Assembly (NCBI GenBank): GCA_030704615.1
Contig: CM060733.1
Coordinates: 65,968,001-66,032,000, forward strand
Origin: Takakia lepidozioides
Lineage: Eukaryota; Plantae; Bryophyta
Direction of reading: 5' to 3'
Length of the DNA: 64,000 nucleotides
Part shown: piece after piece, positions 22,319-33,684 of the stretch
Position numbering within the stretch: the stretch's first letter is position 1
Layout of the letters: each line of letters begins with the position of its first letter
The notes under the pieces: model-generated
Told to the model about the DNA's origin: nothing
Databases searched by the model: none
Seen by the model: only the letters and a program-made list of their open reading frames with translations
Position numbers and translations under genes: made by a program

Positions 22319-25300
22319 ATGAGGAAGGCGAGACGGGAACTTAGAATGGGAGAAGAAACATCCGGCGTAGAGGAAGACGAAGGGAAAAACAGGATTCTGC
22401 AACCGCAGTGTGGAGAGGAAGGTCTTGAAGTGATCCCGGAGGTGACCGATGAGCAACCTCCAATAGAAGGGGGGGAGGACGAGGAAGTGAGCTGGGCTCG
22501 GGAGAAAGCACTGCGAGTAGAGAAACAGGTCTTCAAAGAGCAGGGAGAACAAACGGACGCGGAAACAATGCCGTCTGCCCTTGTTTCGCACCATTGGGAC
22601 CTCCTTGGAAGCATGCTACCTCCAGACCAAATGGAAAGATTGAATGCGTCAGGAGCATCATCAAGTGCAAAGAAGAAACCGGAGGTGGCTATGAACTCTC
22701 TTTCTCTCTCTCTGATTCTGTCTGGTTCTTGCTAAGCATTGAGGTCGACATCAACCTTGCGTCAACGCAAGGTTGAAGTCGACCTCCTAAGTGTATATAT
22801 TGGGCATCAAAACAGTGCAGATGCTGCACTACAATCAAGGTAGACAGACATGGATGCTTGCAACGCATCATCAAGTTCGAAGAAGAAGAAGAGACAGCAA
22901 TCTCCTTTTCCTGTAGCTTTTGTGTTTGTTCAACACCGATCCGAGAGCTCGCAATCAACCTTGTGTCAACGCAAGGTTGATGCCAACCTCCATGGTGTAT
23001 GTTAGAACTTCTAGTGAAACGAACAGATGCCTTTCAGTCTAAACTACATCCCCATCAATCAACCTTGCGAAAAGCAATGTTGATCCATGGGTGCTCAATC
23101 TGTCACTCACAGATAATTCATTCTGTGCAGAGGAAAAGAAAAAGGAAATCCAAGGGGAAGATTTGGCCGCGTCAGAAGGTGAAGGTGAGGAAGACTCATT
23201 GGAGGGAAACTATGAAGACAAGGCCGAGGAGATAATTGGTGGGCAAAAAGTGAACTCGTCAAAGGTGATTCTGTCGATGGAGGTTCCCGGCGGAAACCTG
23301 GTCATTCCGCTGTGCAGGATGATCTCCATGCCCGCTGTTTGACCGGCATTGAGGAATGATATAACGAAGTTGAAGAACGACTTTGTTCACTGCTATGTCA
23401 AGGGATCAGCAGTGTTCTACGTATCCACTATGAACACGAAAGGAGAGGAGTGTCTTGTAACAGAGGACATTGAGCAAGGTTGGGATGCATGCTGGCGAGA
23501 TGTAAACAGGGAGTTTGAGTTTAAGCTGTCCAAAAAGGCCTCCACAAAAGCATTCATGGGAAAGATGTTTTTTTGTCTGGGATGGGAACCACAGACTGCT
23601 TGCCTGGATGGATTACATTTCAAGCTTGCACTCGGACGACATCGAATGGCACTGGAGCGTGGTTTCCATGGTTCTCAATCACAAAGGACGTGTCATGCAG
23701 CTCTTGACAGCCATGCACGACATAAACAAGTAAGTTTCCAACTTTGTCTGTTCCTTGTTTCGACAATTTGAAATCATCTTATAAGTTGAAGGTTTTTCCA
23801 GGTCCAATGAAACATCTCATGTGACGACCAATCTGTGCCACACTCTATTCCGCATCCAGAAGGTAGGGCTGATGCCACTGGAGTCATTCACGAACGTGCT
23901 CAGTCCTCAGCAGATGAAGAGGTGTGCTGAGAAGAAGACAAGCACATGGTACAGCTTGACAAGGGAGGCTTTTCTTGAGTACATGTACACTGTAAGCTTT
24001 TTGACACCTGTTTGCCTGTTGTTACTGCAAATTTTGTGAAGAAATTCCAGTGTTTGATTCTTTTTACCTGTTATGTATGCAACAAGAAATAGCAGAAACT
24101 GGATTGAAGGCGAAAGCAGAGTACTATGATTCCCACACAGAAGAGCAGCGGTCTGCAACTGGGCTTGAGGACATGATGAAGTTCGAGATGAAAAATCAAA
24201 GGAAGAACCTCATGAGTGCATTTGACAAACAGATCCGGATAGCAGACCCAGGTCTTGGCACGGAATTTCTAGAGCAGGTGAAAGCACACTATGACAAGTA
24301 TGGCTCCAAGCCAGAAATGACTCAAGAGAAACTACATCGCCTTTCCATTTCAATGGTGGACAATGCAACCAAAATAGGTGGTTGGAGATATGGAATTCGG
24401 ATCCTCTTGTGAGAGACACGAACATGTTCCCAACTCCAGAGAGGGACCCGAAGACACAAGCAATAAGAGTTGTTAGCGACCACACATTCGACCAGTGGCT
24501 ACACAAAGCCACATTTTGGAGCCAGGTAAGGTTTGAACCAAACCATTTTCAGACATTTGTGTTGCTCCGTAACCTCTCCCAAATTCTTATGAGCTTTCTT
24601 GTTGCAGTTAGAAAAACGTGTAGTGGCTGCACTTGCTGAGTCGATGGCAGACTACAAAATCCAGATGGCTTGCCCCTGGATCACACTGGAGGCCTATATC
24701 AGGAGATGGAAGCTCGCTGTCTGGAACAACTGCTTCTTCAAGGAGTTTGAGAAAGAGAAAGGAATCTCCAGGTCTTACGAATTCAAAAACCAGTACAACA
24801 GCGAGCAAGCAATGAAGCAAGTGTTGTACAGGTGTGACCTCCTTGAATCAAAATTGGTGCTTGAAGGGCATGTTTCTGCAATCTTGTGTCGTTCTTTCCA
24901 TAAAGAATTGCGAATTTGCAGTGCTTTGCGAGATCTCTGAGGGCTCTGCATGTGCAGTCGAGCAACATTGCGTTAACGCAAGGTTGTTTCCCATTGTCCT
25001 GGTTTCACTTACCTATACCTGGGTATCCCATAATGCCGTTTTTCTGAATGTGAAAGGGGATAAACTGACAGGAAAATCAGCCTTGCGTCAACGCAAGGTT
25101 GATGAAGTGGCAGGCTATGTAGCTTTTCCTGTGGTTTTGGGTAGTTCAAATCCTGTTCCAATGCTGCCAAGATGAACGTAAGACTGTTTGGAGTCGGTTT
25201 AAAATGCTATTTACAACTTTCACTGTACCAACAAACAGACTTGCGTTGACGCAAGGTTGTTTGGCGGTATGGATTGCTGGAAATTTCCCGCAGCCATCCC

Positions 25301-27728
25301 CCGATTTCAATACAATTGTAGGAAACTTATGATTATTAGATAGCATTGACATGTGTTTCAACAGAGGATTTCAACATTGCGCCAATGCAATGTTGAATAT
25401 CCGCACCAGTACATAGTCAGATGGTAGTTTTCAGGCAGTGTTTTCGATTTCCTCTCTGAATGAAAACAACCTTGCGTTGAAGCAATGTTGAATTGCGCTT
25501 CTCAGTCGTTGTCTCTATCAATACAACATTATCATTTGGTGTTCCCCATTTCTGCTCGAATGAACATTGCGTCAACGCAAGGTTGATTCGGGATTTCAAA
25601 AGTAGAATTCTCAGTGTTGCCTTCCTGCATTTCAATATCTTTTTCCGGATGTGTGTTCTTTTTCGTTTTTTGATCGAATGACTGTCTGGGTTTTTTGTGT
25701 GTGATTCAGAGAATCCGATTTGTTCCAAGTCGGGGTCGAATTGGAAGGAAACACATCAGGGACAGGAAAACCGTCAGGAATGTCCAGCACCACAAGGTCA
25801 GTCGCGTATGCCTGCTGAACTCCATTCACCCATTCCGGACTTTTTGTGACCTACAGCCAAAAACATGAGACAGTGTAAGAAGCCCAATCCAAATCTAACA
25901 GGAGATCAATCCCCTGGACAAGCCACAACAAGCTGCCAAAACACAATTATTCATACAACAGTTTAGACATAAGTGTTCACCTGAGTGAGGAACGAAACAA
26001 GCATGTCCCATGTTTTCGAGGGCACCCCTTTGAATGTGGACTTCCTGGACTCCATCATTGCAAGAAAACTTTCATTCAGCACCTTACGATTGAACTGGCC
26101 CAAAACCCTGGAGGGATGTTCTCCCGCCTCGAAAACTTGCTCCCTCGACTTTGATGTTCTCCTATCCCTCCTTGCGGGAGAAGGCTGTCTTTCAGGAACC
26201 TCTGACGGTCCCTGTCCTTGCGGAGCTGCACTTTTCCCCTTCCCCTTCGGATCCCCGACAATCTTCCCCTTTCGTTTTGGAGTAGCAGTTTTCTCGGGCT
26301 CTTTTGCAGCCAGAGCCGAAATGATTCTGTCCTAGATGTCTTTGTCAACCAATGGGGCAATCGCTGCGGCATTGTCGTTCAGGTTTCTTAAAACAACTTC
26401 ATCGAATGGAGTGTCCTGTTTTGGCAGGTCGAGGTACCACCCACAGTCTCGAAAGTGCGCCCTGCTCCAGTCTTTGGCAATACCAGCCGTGTACATTGTC
26501 TTGTCATTGTATATGTATCATATCCTCATACCGGGAAAGTACCTTAGCGATGACCCAGACTTCATCTATTCATGGGCTGACGCTTTCTCGTTCAGCAACA
26601 AGTTCCTTTCGGACTCGGGGGCTCTTCTTCTCATGCAGTCAAAGGACATGTCGGCTCGAAGAACTCTTTTCAGCTACATGAAAGCTTCCGGGTTTCGTGT
26701 CATCAAAACTTGGACATGCATCAATACTCTGCCTCTTACGAAGGGCGAGTTCCCGGGGCAGAAAGTGAGTTGGTTCCTTTCAATTGATGTTTCATGGTTT
26801 TTCGGTAAATCAAAATGGTGGGTTATGTCTTCTGTCTCATTCTCTCTTCGTGATTATTGACAGACACGGGTGTTCGAAGCTTTGTGCCTGGTGAGGCGGA
26901 AGGACACTCTTCCTGCTAGTGTTGCCGAGTTTTAGTTGAGGGACCTTGCAGCTCACATTGACCCCACCTGCGAGCCTGTGGAGGATGATGTTATCTTCAA
27001 TTACGTCGACTCGGGTCGGACTATGAAAAGGTCGATTGGTGTCCCTTGGAGAGGTGCACGGGAGAAATCTCCAGCTTTCATGCAGCCGTCATGGTGGACG
27101 AGTGGTTGCCTTGTCTATGGGCACAGGTGGGGCCCTTCACATTGTGTTTGACATATGGGCAGTGACCTTAGGGAAACCCTGTTTTTATTTCTCGTTCTTC
27201 TTGGATTTGCAGGAGCATGTTTTCATGCTTGCAAGAGCGCCGGAAGGCACTTCTTCGGCATGGAAGCTGATACGGAGCTCTTCTCAAGCGAGCTTCGTCA
27301 GCTTGAGTCGGGCACTACTTCTGCCCCATCCACAGAGGGACTTCTGGAGGAGCCCGAAGCGCCTGACGAGGATCTGGACGTGGACTCCGATTTTGAGTGT
27401 GAGTAAGTTCTTGTGTAGTCGTGCAAAATATGTTGCATTTCCTTGTGTCGTTCCCATTCGAGAAATAGTGGCTTTCATTGTCTATATCTGGATGTTAACA
27501 TCTACCACCATTCCTCTTCTTGCTTTGCAGAGTTCAGCACCAGTCATCGAATCAGCAGACACCTTTCGGTTTCCAAGGATACTACATGTCCCCGAGCCCC
27601 CTAGATCCAACCGCTTGCGGTTTATGCGGAAGCTTGCGCACGGGTGTTATCCGAACAAACACTGTATTCGCATCTCCATGAAGGTTGTGGAAAAAAAAAA
27701 CGTCATGGATGTGCTGCTGTATTCATAG
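22319..27728 (+). pseudogene. Multi-exon ParB/Srx-like plus beta-class N4C/N6A methyltransferase-like gene, copy 1 (stops, frameshifts, internal inversion)
   Basis: PAV*PAL...LKNDF...FYVS...VWDGNHRLLAW (ParB-like); DLVVLDIPDG (on the inverted piece); EKSPAFM; GRVVALSMGTG|ACFHACKSAGRHFFGMEAD; GT-AG introns at 23730, 23992, 24526, 24872, 26765 and 27127. Confidence 0.75.
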
Positions 27729-30700
27729 ATGATATTGCTGTAAACTCTGGAAGTGGTTCCTCTGAAACCTCCAATATTTCTTTAGGTTCAAGTACCGAGG
27801 CTCAATAAATTGTGTTTTGGTTTTGCTTCCATCTCCAAACTGTTTTTCAAGTTCTTTGCGCGTTCCCGTAAGTACAGTTAAGGATTGCCTAGGATAGGTC
27901 TTCGGATTGCGGAATTGAAAAATGTTTGTGTGTTGGAATGAATGTACTGCTTTGCCCAAAAAAAATGTTTGCTTTAATATTCAGTTCTCTAGTGGACGAT
28001 CTCCTCATTCCAAAGTCATGACCTCAATCATAATTCATCCGCAAACCTGCCATTGTTCTCGGCCACAAAGAATATTCATGTGGGGGCCATGAAGAGGGAT
28101 AAAAAATTAGGACATAGGCGACAGCTGATCCGCGGTAATAGGGGGGGGGGTAAGCACGGAATTAGGGCCTGAACACGTGGATGCTTGCTGATGTGGCGTG
28201 AGCCTAGCCAGGCTCACGGGCTCACAGGCTCACGCGGCCAGGCTCACGCGGCCAGGCTCACGCGCAAGCATTCCCCGGGCTACGGGAGCAACGGTCTTGG
28301 CGACTGTTGTGGTCTAAGATGACTCTCCAAATCTGCGCGCGGAAAGAAGTTAAAATACTATTCTGTATTGACAAGAACAACCTCCAAAGAGTTTGCCAAG
28401 CTGGTGTTAAACTATTCCCCCAAGTGCGGATTGCGAATCTGAGGTCAGGACATAAAAGAGACTGAGCTTCCACCTGTTGGATGCTGCGCAAGGAAGACAT
28501 AAAAGCAGACCACAGCACTGGCGGGAAGACGAAGTTGAAGTTCAAGCTGACCCGGGAGCGGAAATGCAGTACATCCATGGCACGACGTGGCGCGCCATGA
28601 TTGACGCCGCCACCGCCGCCGTTGCATTTACTAGGTCTACCCAGTGCACAGCAGACCGAGTGAATAGCAGACAGAGTCAAGCAGACTAGAATCAGCAGAC
28701 CGATTGAGCAGACCAACACGTAATCCACTAAGCAGGTCCACCCGACTGCAACAGGCTGACGACGAAACATACTATACAAAACAGACAAACTGGTAGGTCG
28801 ACAGACTGGCAGGTCGACAGATTGGCAGGTCAACATGGTCATTGTTCCGTCGCCCTCTGTAACAAGCTGCATGCAGACTAGATTGACGGTGCGACAAAGA
28901 CAACAGACTAGCTGAAAAGATTGGCAGGACAACAGACTGGCAGACGGAAGGGTGTACTAGCCAAATTTTCGATGCGGCACCATGGTTTCACAGTTTCTCA
29001 CAACAGACCAGCGTACACAGACACCGCAAGACCGTTGTCGGGACAGACTAACATCGCAACAGACTCGCGAACATATTCCAGGCCGATGTGAGGATACAGT
29101 CTCCTGAAGAGGCTCCGATTACCACACCAACGAAGCAAGACTAACGAAGCAACAGACATATGGGTATCCAGGCCGACAAGTATTGGCTGTCCAACCCAAC
29201 CTTTTTACAGGGAGACCCATACTGCAGATGTGAGATAGTTCAGGAGTCTCAGGCTAATACAGCCCAGCAGACACAATTGACAGACTGACAGTAACTCTAC
29301 CCAAGACACACATAACAGTTCATGGCTGGATATGAAATCTGCAATGTTTTTACACGCCCTCATGTGCATATGCTTCAGCAATTTTCGCTATCATCTTGCC
29401 CATGGTTACCATTCCAGAGTGAGGAGGTGATCTAACGGACGGATGCGGCTACCTCAACATGAATAATTATAAAATTGAACGACACCATATCCCAAATGTA
29501 AACTAAGGTCGTATTTAGGCAGGCTTGTAATCGGTCCGCCCATTGGAATAAACCCTAACAACACATTGGCCATTTTGCGATGACCGGACAGAGGCCAAAC
29601 CAAGTGGGCAAAACGCATTACATGTACAATGAAATCGCAAAAACGGCCCCGCCAACAACAAAAAAATAACGAAAATAGTGGAAGCATATGCACGATGGTG
29701 GCTGTAGGGCTCCGACTCCTCTCCTGCCCTTCCACATCATGACAAAATGTCACGAAAACACAAAGACACGAACACCAGGCAACGACTACCGCCCGCACGC
29801 ACCGCAGTTTCGTACAACAAAGAGCGACATCTTGATGGCAATGGCGAGATAAGGCCCTAAATTGGAGGGTTGCGATGGGATTCGTCCTGGACGGCCCAGA
29901 TCTTGCGGGCGGGCGGACACGCGGACAGGCGGACTAGAGGGAGCGGACCTGCCGCAGCGGACAGGCCGGTGGACGGACCCCGGGAGGGGCAGCCGCAGCG
30001 GTAGTGGCGGGCGTGGGCGGGTGGGCGCGGGTGGGGGGTCGCCCGTCCTCCGGCGACGGGCCCACCGTCCTTCTCGCACGCTTGCGTTCATGACCCTATT
30101 ATTGAAAAATGAGAGGCGTCCCTTTCCTCTAAAAAAAAAAAAAGGAAAAAAGAATTGTCGTCTAGTACACTCGGTCAATCCTATTCCAATAAATAAGTAG
30201 ATAGTATATTCATATTGTTTTTCTATATATTCATTTTCTATATATTCAAGCCTTTGATATATTATACTAGTAAAAACAAGATTACTTAAGAAACCCGCTT
30301 ATTGCTAATTACAGCTTTGATGTTCCCCCGGTTACAGTTCCCATGGTGAAATACAATTGCCTTAGATAACGACATTTCAACTCTAGGGGAACATGTTCGT
30401 AAATTGCATCTAATAAGGCACTAACGATAACCTAGTACACGGTGATAAGTTCATCCGTATGTGTGTAGCTGCATCCATTCATTATTCATCCAGGCACAAC
30501 CGCCGAGAGTTTCGAGAATGGATGAGGAAGACAGAGAAACTGAGAACGGATGAAGAAAATTCGGATAAGTATGGAACCTGACAGAGAGAATGGAAGTTAT
30601 TATGGTCGCCGGCATGACATAATATTGACACGTGGCACCCCGACATTTCGTATAACGGCTCTATTTGCAAGCCACCTACATTTGGATGTAGGTGCCCGCA

Positions 30701-32529
30701 GAATTGCCGCACGGATTGGCATCCCCTTGGATGTTTATTGGCCTTGCCTTTACCAGGACTATGCATTCGTTCAGTGATTTCTATTCTCGAATACATACCA
30801 AGTTTTTAGAATAAGTATCATAGATAAATAATTAAACGCAATCAGATGGCACCGTCATCAGCAGGAGGGTTGGGTAACGCCAGAGGTAACAAACTTGTAA
30901 CCAAATAGAAATTTTATTAATAACGATATTTTTTTCGTTATTAACGATATTAGACGTTAATCAAAAAATTATAAATTTATCTCTTTGCAAGTTTGCAGGG
31001 CCTATAAGAGTGTGTCACGCCTCGTTAGCATACCGTGGATGAATTAACTCGTAGATGGATGTGAAAAATATGAAAACACCGTTAGAGAAAGGGAAAACAC
31101 ATCGGTAGTTAACGTTATCCGCAAACAAAGGACGTTTAGTCGCGGTACAGTTACGACTTTTAACCAAACTGGTGACCGGCGGGCCCCGCGCGGGACCAGC
31201 CCCTGTGACCGGATAGTGAAGTGGGGATTTGAACCCAGGCCGATCCAGGAATAGGGAGTCCAGGATTCCGCGATCGTCTAGCGGAGATGGATGGCGTCGG
31301 GTCTATTTGGATCGCGAGTTGGACCCACCGGAGACCGGGAGCGGTGCCCTAACTTCCCGTGGGACCGGGCCGGGCGGTGGTCGAAAGCGGGGCCTCCCAC
31401 CGGCCTGCCTCCTTCCCAGCGAGACAATCCCGACGCGTAGTGCGCTCGACTAGGAGAGAGAAGAGGGGGCGAGGAAGGTGCACGGACGGTATGGAGAATT
31501 AGACCGAGCTAGGAAATTCCACGCGGGTGGTGGGGGGTTTGACACGGAGTGACGATTTGGAAAGGGGAGGTAGAAAGCTTAGCATTTTGTAAGGAAGAGA
31601 ATAGAGAGTTCCGCTCGGGGCCGTATTTGACTCCTCTAGTACGTAAGGGAGAGACCTGGCGTGAGGATCTCAGAACTATGGTGGAGAAATCGGAGCGGAA
31701 ATTGTAGAGCGAGTTAGAGAAGCTTGTGTTCCTGGAAGCCGGAAGATTTGGGGAGGGCCTGGTTGGGGCTTCTAAACCGGAGAGTGTCGCGCACGAAGTG
31801 CTGGGAAGGGGTGGGAACTTCTAAGCCGGAGAGTGTCGCGCAGGAAGCGCTGGGGTTCTTGTCAGTTTGGAGGTAAGAGGTAGAGGCGGACTTGAGCGTT
31901 GGTAGAAGTTCTGCACGGGAAGAGAGGTTGGGGAAAGAAAGCTGCAATTGACCGGGGGTCCTTTGGAGTGGATAGTTTGGAAGAGAGTGGAACAGGCCGA
32001 GGCAGTCCGAGCTTCGGTAGATGTGAGCCGTGTTTCGTGTTTTCATACCGTTAGTGAGAGATAGCAAGAGTTGGTGCAAGGTCTCTGGTCGAAGACATGT
32101 CTGTAGTAGAGAAGCGGATGACGCGGTATCAGTAAAGACAGATTACGGAGCTGGATGTGCACGGGTTTTCCTGTCGAGCGGACTAGGTGCAGTGGTCTAG
32201 CTGACAACAGGAAGCTCTGAATGTGTAAACAAGAAAGAGTATCGTTTGCTGTTTTCAATTGAGTGACAGCTTTTTTCGCTTAACCTCTTATGGTGCTTAT
32301 CCCTCATTAAGTGTCATTTTGGGGGTGGAAGTTTGTTTGGGAGGGTAACAGACAGATGATGAATCTGAGGGAAGGATGGGAGAGAGATCATGAGTAAAGG
32401 GATCAGAGAGGCAACAGGTCGGGAAGGCCAGCCGAGTCAAGTGGTTCTACAGTCTTGTTTGTTGGTCGGCCGTAGAGATATACGGCGTGGGCAAAGTCAT
32501 TCTGTTGGCATTGCGGCCTTACATTCCAC

Positions 32530-33684
32530 ATGCATATAGATCCGGTGCTAGTGAACGATCACAGCAGAAACTGCCGGAGAGTGGCGCTCTCGATGCCGAC
32601 TCTATCTACGGACCACTTTGATCGTCTTCCTGACTCACTGTTACTGCTGATATTCAACAAGTTGGCAGACATTAAGGCACTGGGACGGTGCTGTGCGGTG
32701 TCCAGTAGATTCTATGCGCTTGCACCTCTTGTGGATAACGTTGTTGTGAAAGTTGACTGTGTGATCTCCGGTGAAGACAGCGGGCTGAATGTAAAGGGTA
32801 GAGGGATCTTGAACCATGTTGTTCGATTTGTTGTTGGGACCATCGTGAAACCTCTACAGGCGTTGCAGCACTTACTCGGTCCAAAGAAGGCGATTCTGAC
32901 TGAAGTTTCACATCACTCCCCTGGCGAGGTCTTGAAAAACTTTAAGGAAATTCAGAATCTCAGGATTGAATTACCTGGAGGTGAACTTGGCATCGAGGAG
33001 GGTGTTCTTTTAAAATGGAAAGCAGAGTTTGGGAGCACACTGGAGAGCTGTGTGATATTAGGAGCTGCATCTCTTGTAAAGGTTGACAAGGGAAGGAAGG
33101 TGGTGAAATGTGAGGCAGGAAGATCGTGGTTTTTGCAAGGAAGGGGAGATGAAATCCCCCAGGTTGTTGTGGAGGAGGAAGCTGAAGCTCCAGGGTCTCC
33201 TCCAGATGAGAGCGGCAGTCTGCCAGACTCTTTTTACACTGATGGGGGCCTCAAGTTGAGGGTTGTTTGGACGATTAGCTCTCTAATCGCAGCCTCCGCA
33301 AGACACTATCTTCTTCAGCAAATCATTTCCGATCATCCGACACTCGAGAGTCTTGTCCTCACTGATGCTGATGGGCAAGGAATGCTGTGTATGAGCAGAG
33401 AGCAGTTACAGGAGTTTCGTGAAAAGCCATTGGCTGCATCTTCATCTTCGAATAGAACTCAAATTCCAGCTCTCAACATGAAGCTGTGGTATGCACCATA
33501 TTTGGAGCTTCCTGGTGGAACTGGGTTGAAGGGAGCAACTCTGGTGGCCATTAGGCCTAGCGACCAGCCTGTAAGAAAGGAGGCAGAGGCCTTTGTAGCT
33601 GGAGCATTTGAGGAGCCCTTCAAAACCGCTGCAAGCAGCCTGGTGAAGAGACGAACTTATCTCTTGGAGATGAACTCATTCTAA
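32530..33684 (+). CDS. Plant F-box protein (At5g46170/At4g18380/AUF-like family)
   Basis: DHFDRLPDSLLLLIFNK F-box; HHSPGEVLKNF, LKWKAEFGSTL, GGLKLRVVWTISSLIAASARHYLL and terminal RTYLLEMNSF are hallmarks of this family; intact 384-aa ORF. Confidence 0.95.
   Translation: MHIDPVLVNDHSRNCRRVALSMPTLSTDHFDRLPDSLLLLIFNKLADIKALGRCCAVSSRFYALAPLVDNVVVKVDCVISGEDSGLNVKGRGILNHVVRFVVGTIVKPLQALQHLLGPKKAILTEVSHHSPGEVLKNFKEIQNLRIELPGGELGIEEGVLLKWKAEFGSTLESCVILGAASLVKVDKGRKVVKCEAGRSWFLQGRGDEIPQVVVEEEAEAPGSPPDESGSLPDSFYTDGGLKLRVVWTISSLIAASARHYLLQQIISDHPTLESLVLTDADGQGMLCMSREQLQEFREKPLAASSSSNRTQIPALNMKLWYAPYLELPGGTGLKGATLVAIRPSDQPVRKEAEAFVAGAFEEPFKTAASSLVKRRTYLLEMNSF

Larger units (their letters stand above)
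17411..28276 (-). mobile_element. ~10.9-kb MULE-clan transposon: transposase (-) and divergent ParB-MTase cargo gene (+)
   Basis: Direct repeat CGGGCTACGG at 17403-17412 and 28276-28285 (8-10-bp TSD). Inverted CGTGAGC/GCTCACG subterminal repeats at 17425-17522 and 28195-28265. Right end ...AAGCATTCCCC resembles the ...TAGCAACCCCC ends. Confidence 0.82.

Noticed and set aside
22319-27728. Bacterial or prophage contamination as the source of the ParB and MTase motifs
   Set aside because: The gene has GT-AG introns, sits inside a TSD-bounded plant-type element, and has several diverged copies in the window.
30100-30170. Helitron 3' end (CTAG-T at ~30162)
   Set aside because: No GC-rich hairpin just upstream and no Rep/helicase motifs seen.
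29786-31460. GC-rich ORFs upstream of the F-box gene
   Set aside because: Low-complexity Arg/Gly/Pro translations of probable promoter or TE-end sequence; no recognisable motif.
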